Of a stretch of DNA of 32,000 nt, positions 31,907-32,000 are shown in pieces; position 1 is the stretch's first letter, and the number at the start of each line of letters is the position of its first letter. The notes under the pieces are model-generated. The model worked only from the letters and a program-made list of their open reading frames with translations, was not told the origin of the DNA and did no database searches. The DNA is from Cupriavidus necator (GTDB lineage Bacteria > Pseudomonadota > Gammaproteobacteria > Burkholderiales > Burkholderiaceae). The translations under genes were made by a program, and so were the position numbers. The stretch is from NCBI RefSeq assembly GCF_016127575.1, contig NZ_CP066019.1:840001-872000 (forward strand), written 5' to 3'.

Positions 31907-32000
31907 AGATGCGGCGCGACTATGCCCGATTCAGACAAGGTCGGCAATTGTGCAGTGCCGCCGAGCGCTGGCCCAAGGTGACCGCAGCCCCTTGAGCTTT

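Overview
This is a high-GC betaproteobacterial chromosome segment that looks Cupriavidus/Ralstonia-like. The pointers are a Bug-family binding protein with a twin-arginine leader, an SDR-type threonine dehydrogenase next to kbl, and a 660-aa AcoE-like acetyl-CoA synthetase. I support 27 CDSs and found no tRNA, rRNA, CRISPR, transposase or recognisable defence genes.

Three blocks stand out:
- **173-10931, N-heterocycle catabolic locus.** An MHS-type MFS transporter is divergent from an 8-gene operon. The operon encodes an amidohydrolase-2 decarboxylase, maleate isomerase, N-formylmaleamate deformylase, 2,5-dihydroxypyridine dioxygenase, maleamate amidase and a three-subunit Mo/FAD/[2Fe-2S] hydroxylase. 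The 440-bp divergent promoter region carries five copies of a 12-bp palindrome, TCAGYRTRCTGA, and a sixth copy lies at the left edge. There is no NicC-type flavin monooxygenase. With the ortho-hydroxy-acid decarboxylase present, this points to a picolinate/hydroxypicolinate (pic-like) route rather than a nicotinate route into the maleamate pathway.
- **24602-29719, LysR-controlled module.** It reads Fe-alcohol dehydrogenase, GlpT/UhpT-like (OPA family) antiporter, aldehyde dehydrogenase. This suggests alcohol to aldehyde to acid oxidation of a phosphorylated or phosphonylated substrate. It is followed by acs behind a leader containing three GC hairpins that can pair in alternative ways.
- **24440-24605, palindromic element.** A 166-bp MITE-like element with perfect 30-bp terminal inverted repeats is wedged between two convergent genes.

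The rest of the window holds:
- housekeeping or accessory genes: an XRE-cupin regulator with kbl-tdh, a MalT-like LuxR regulator, serA and several lipoproteins
- a wHTH/TPR regulator with a propeller protein
- a DUF899-DUF2182 pair

The many long antisense ORFs in the track are high-GC shadow ORFs and are rejected.
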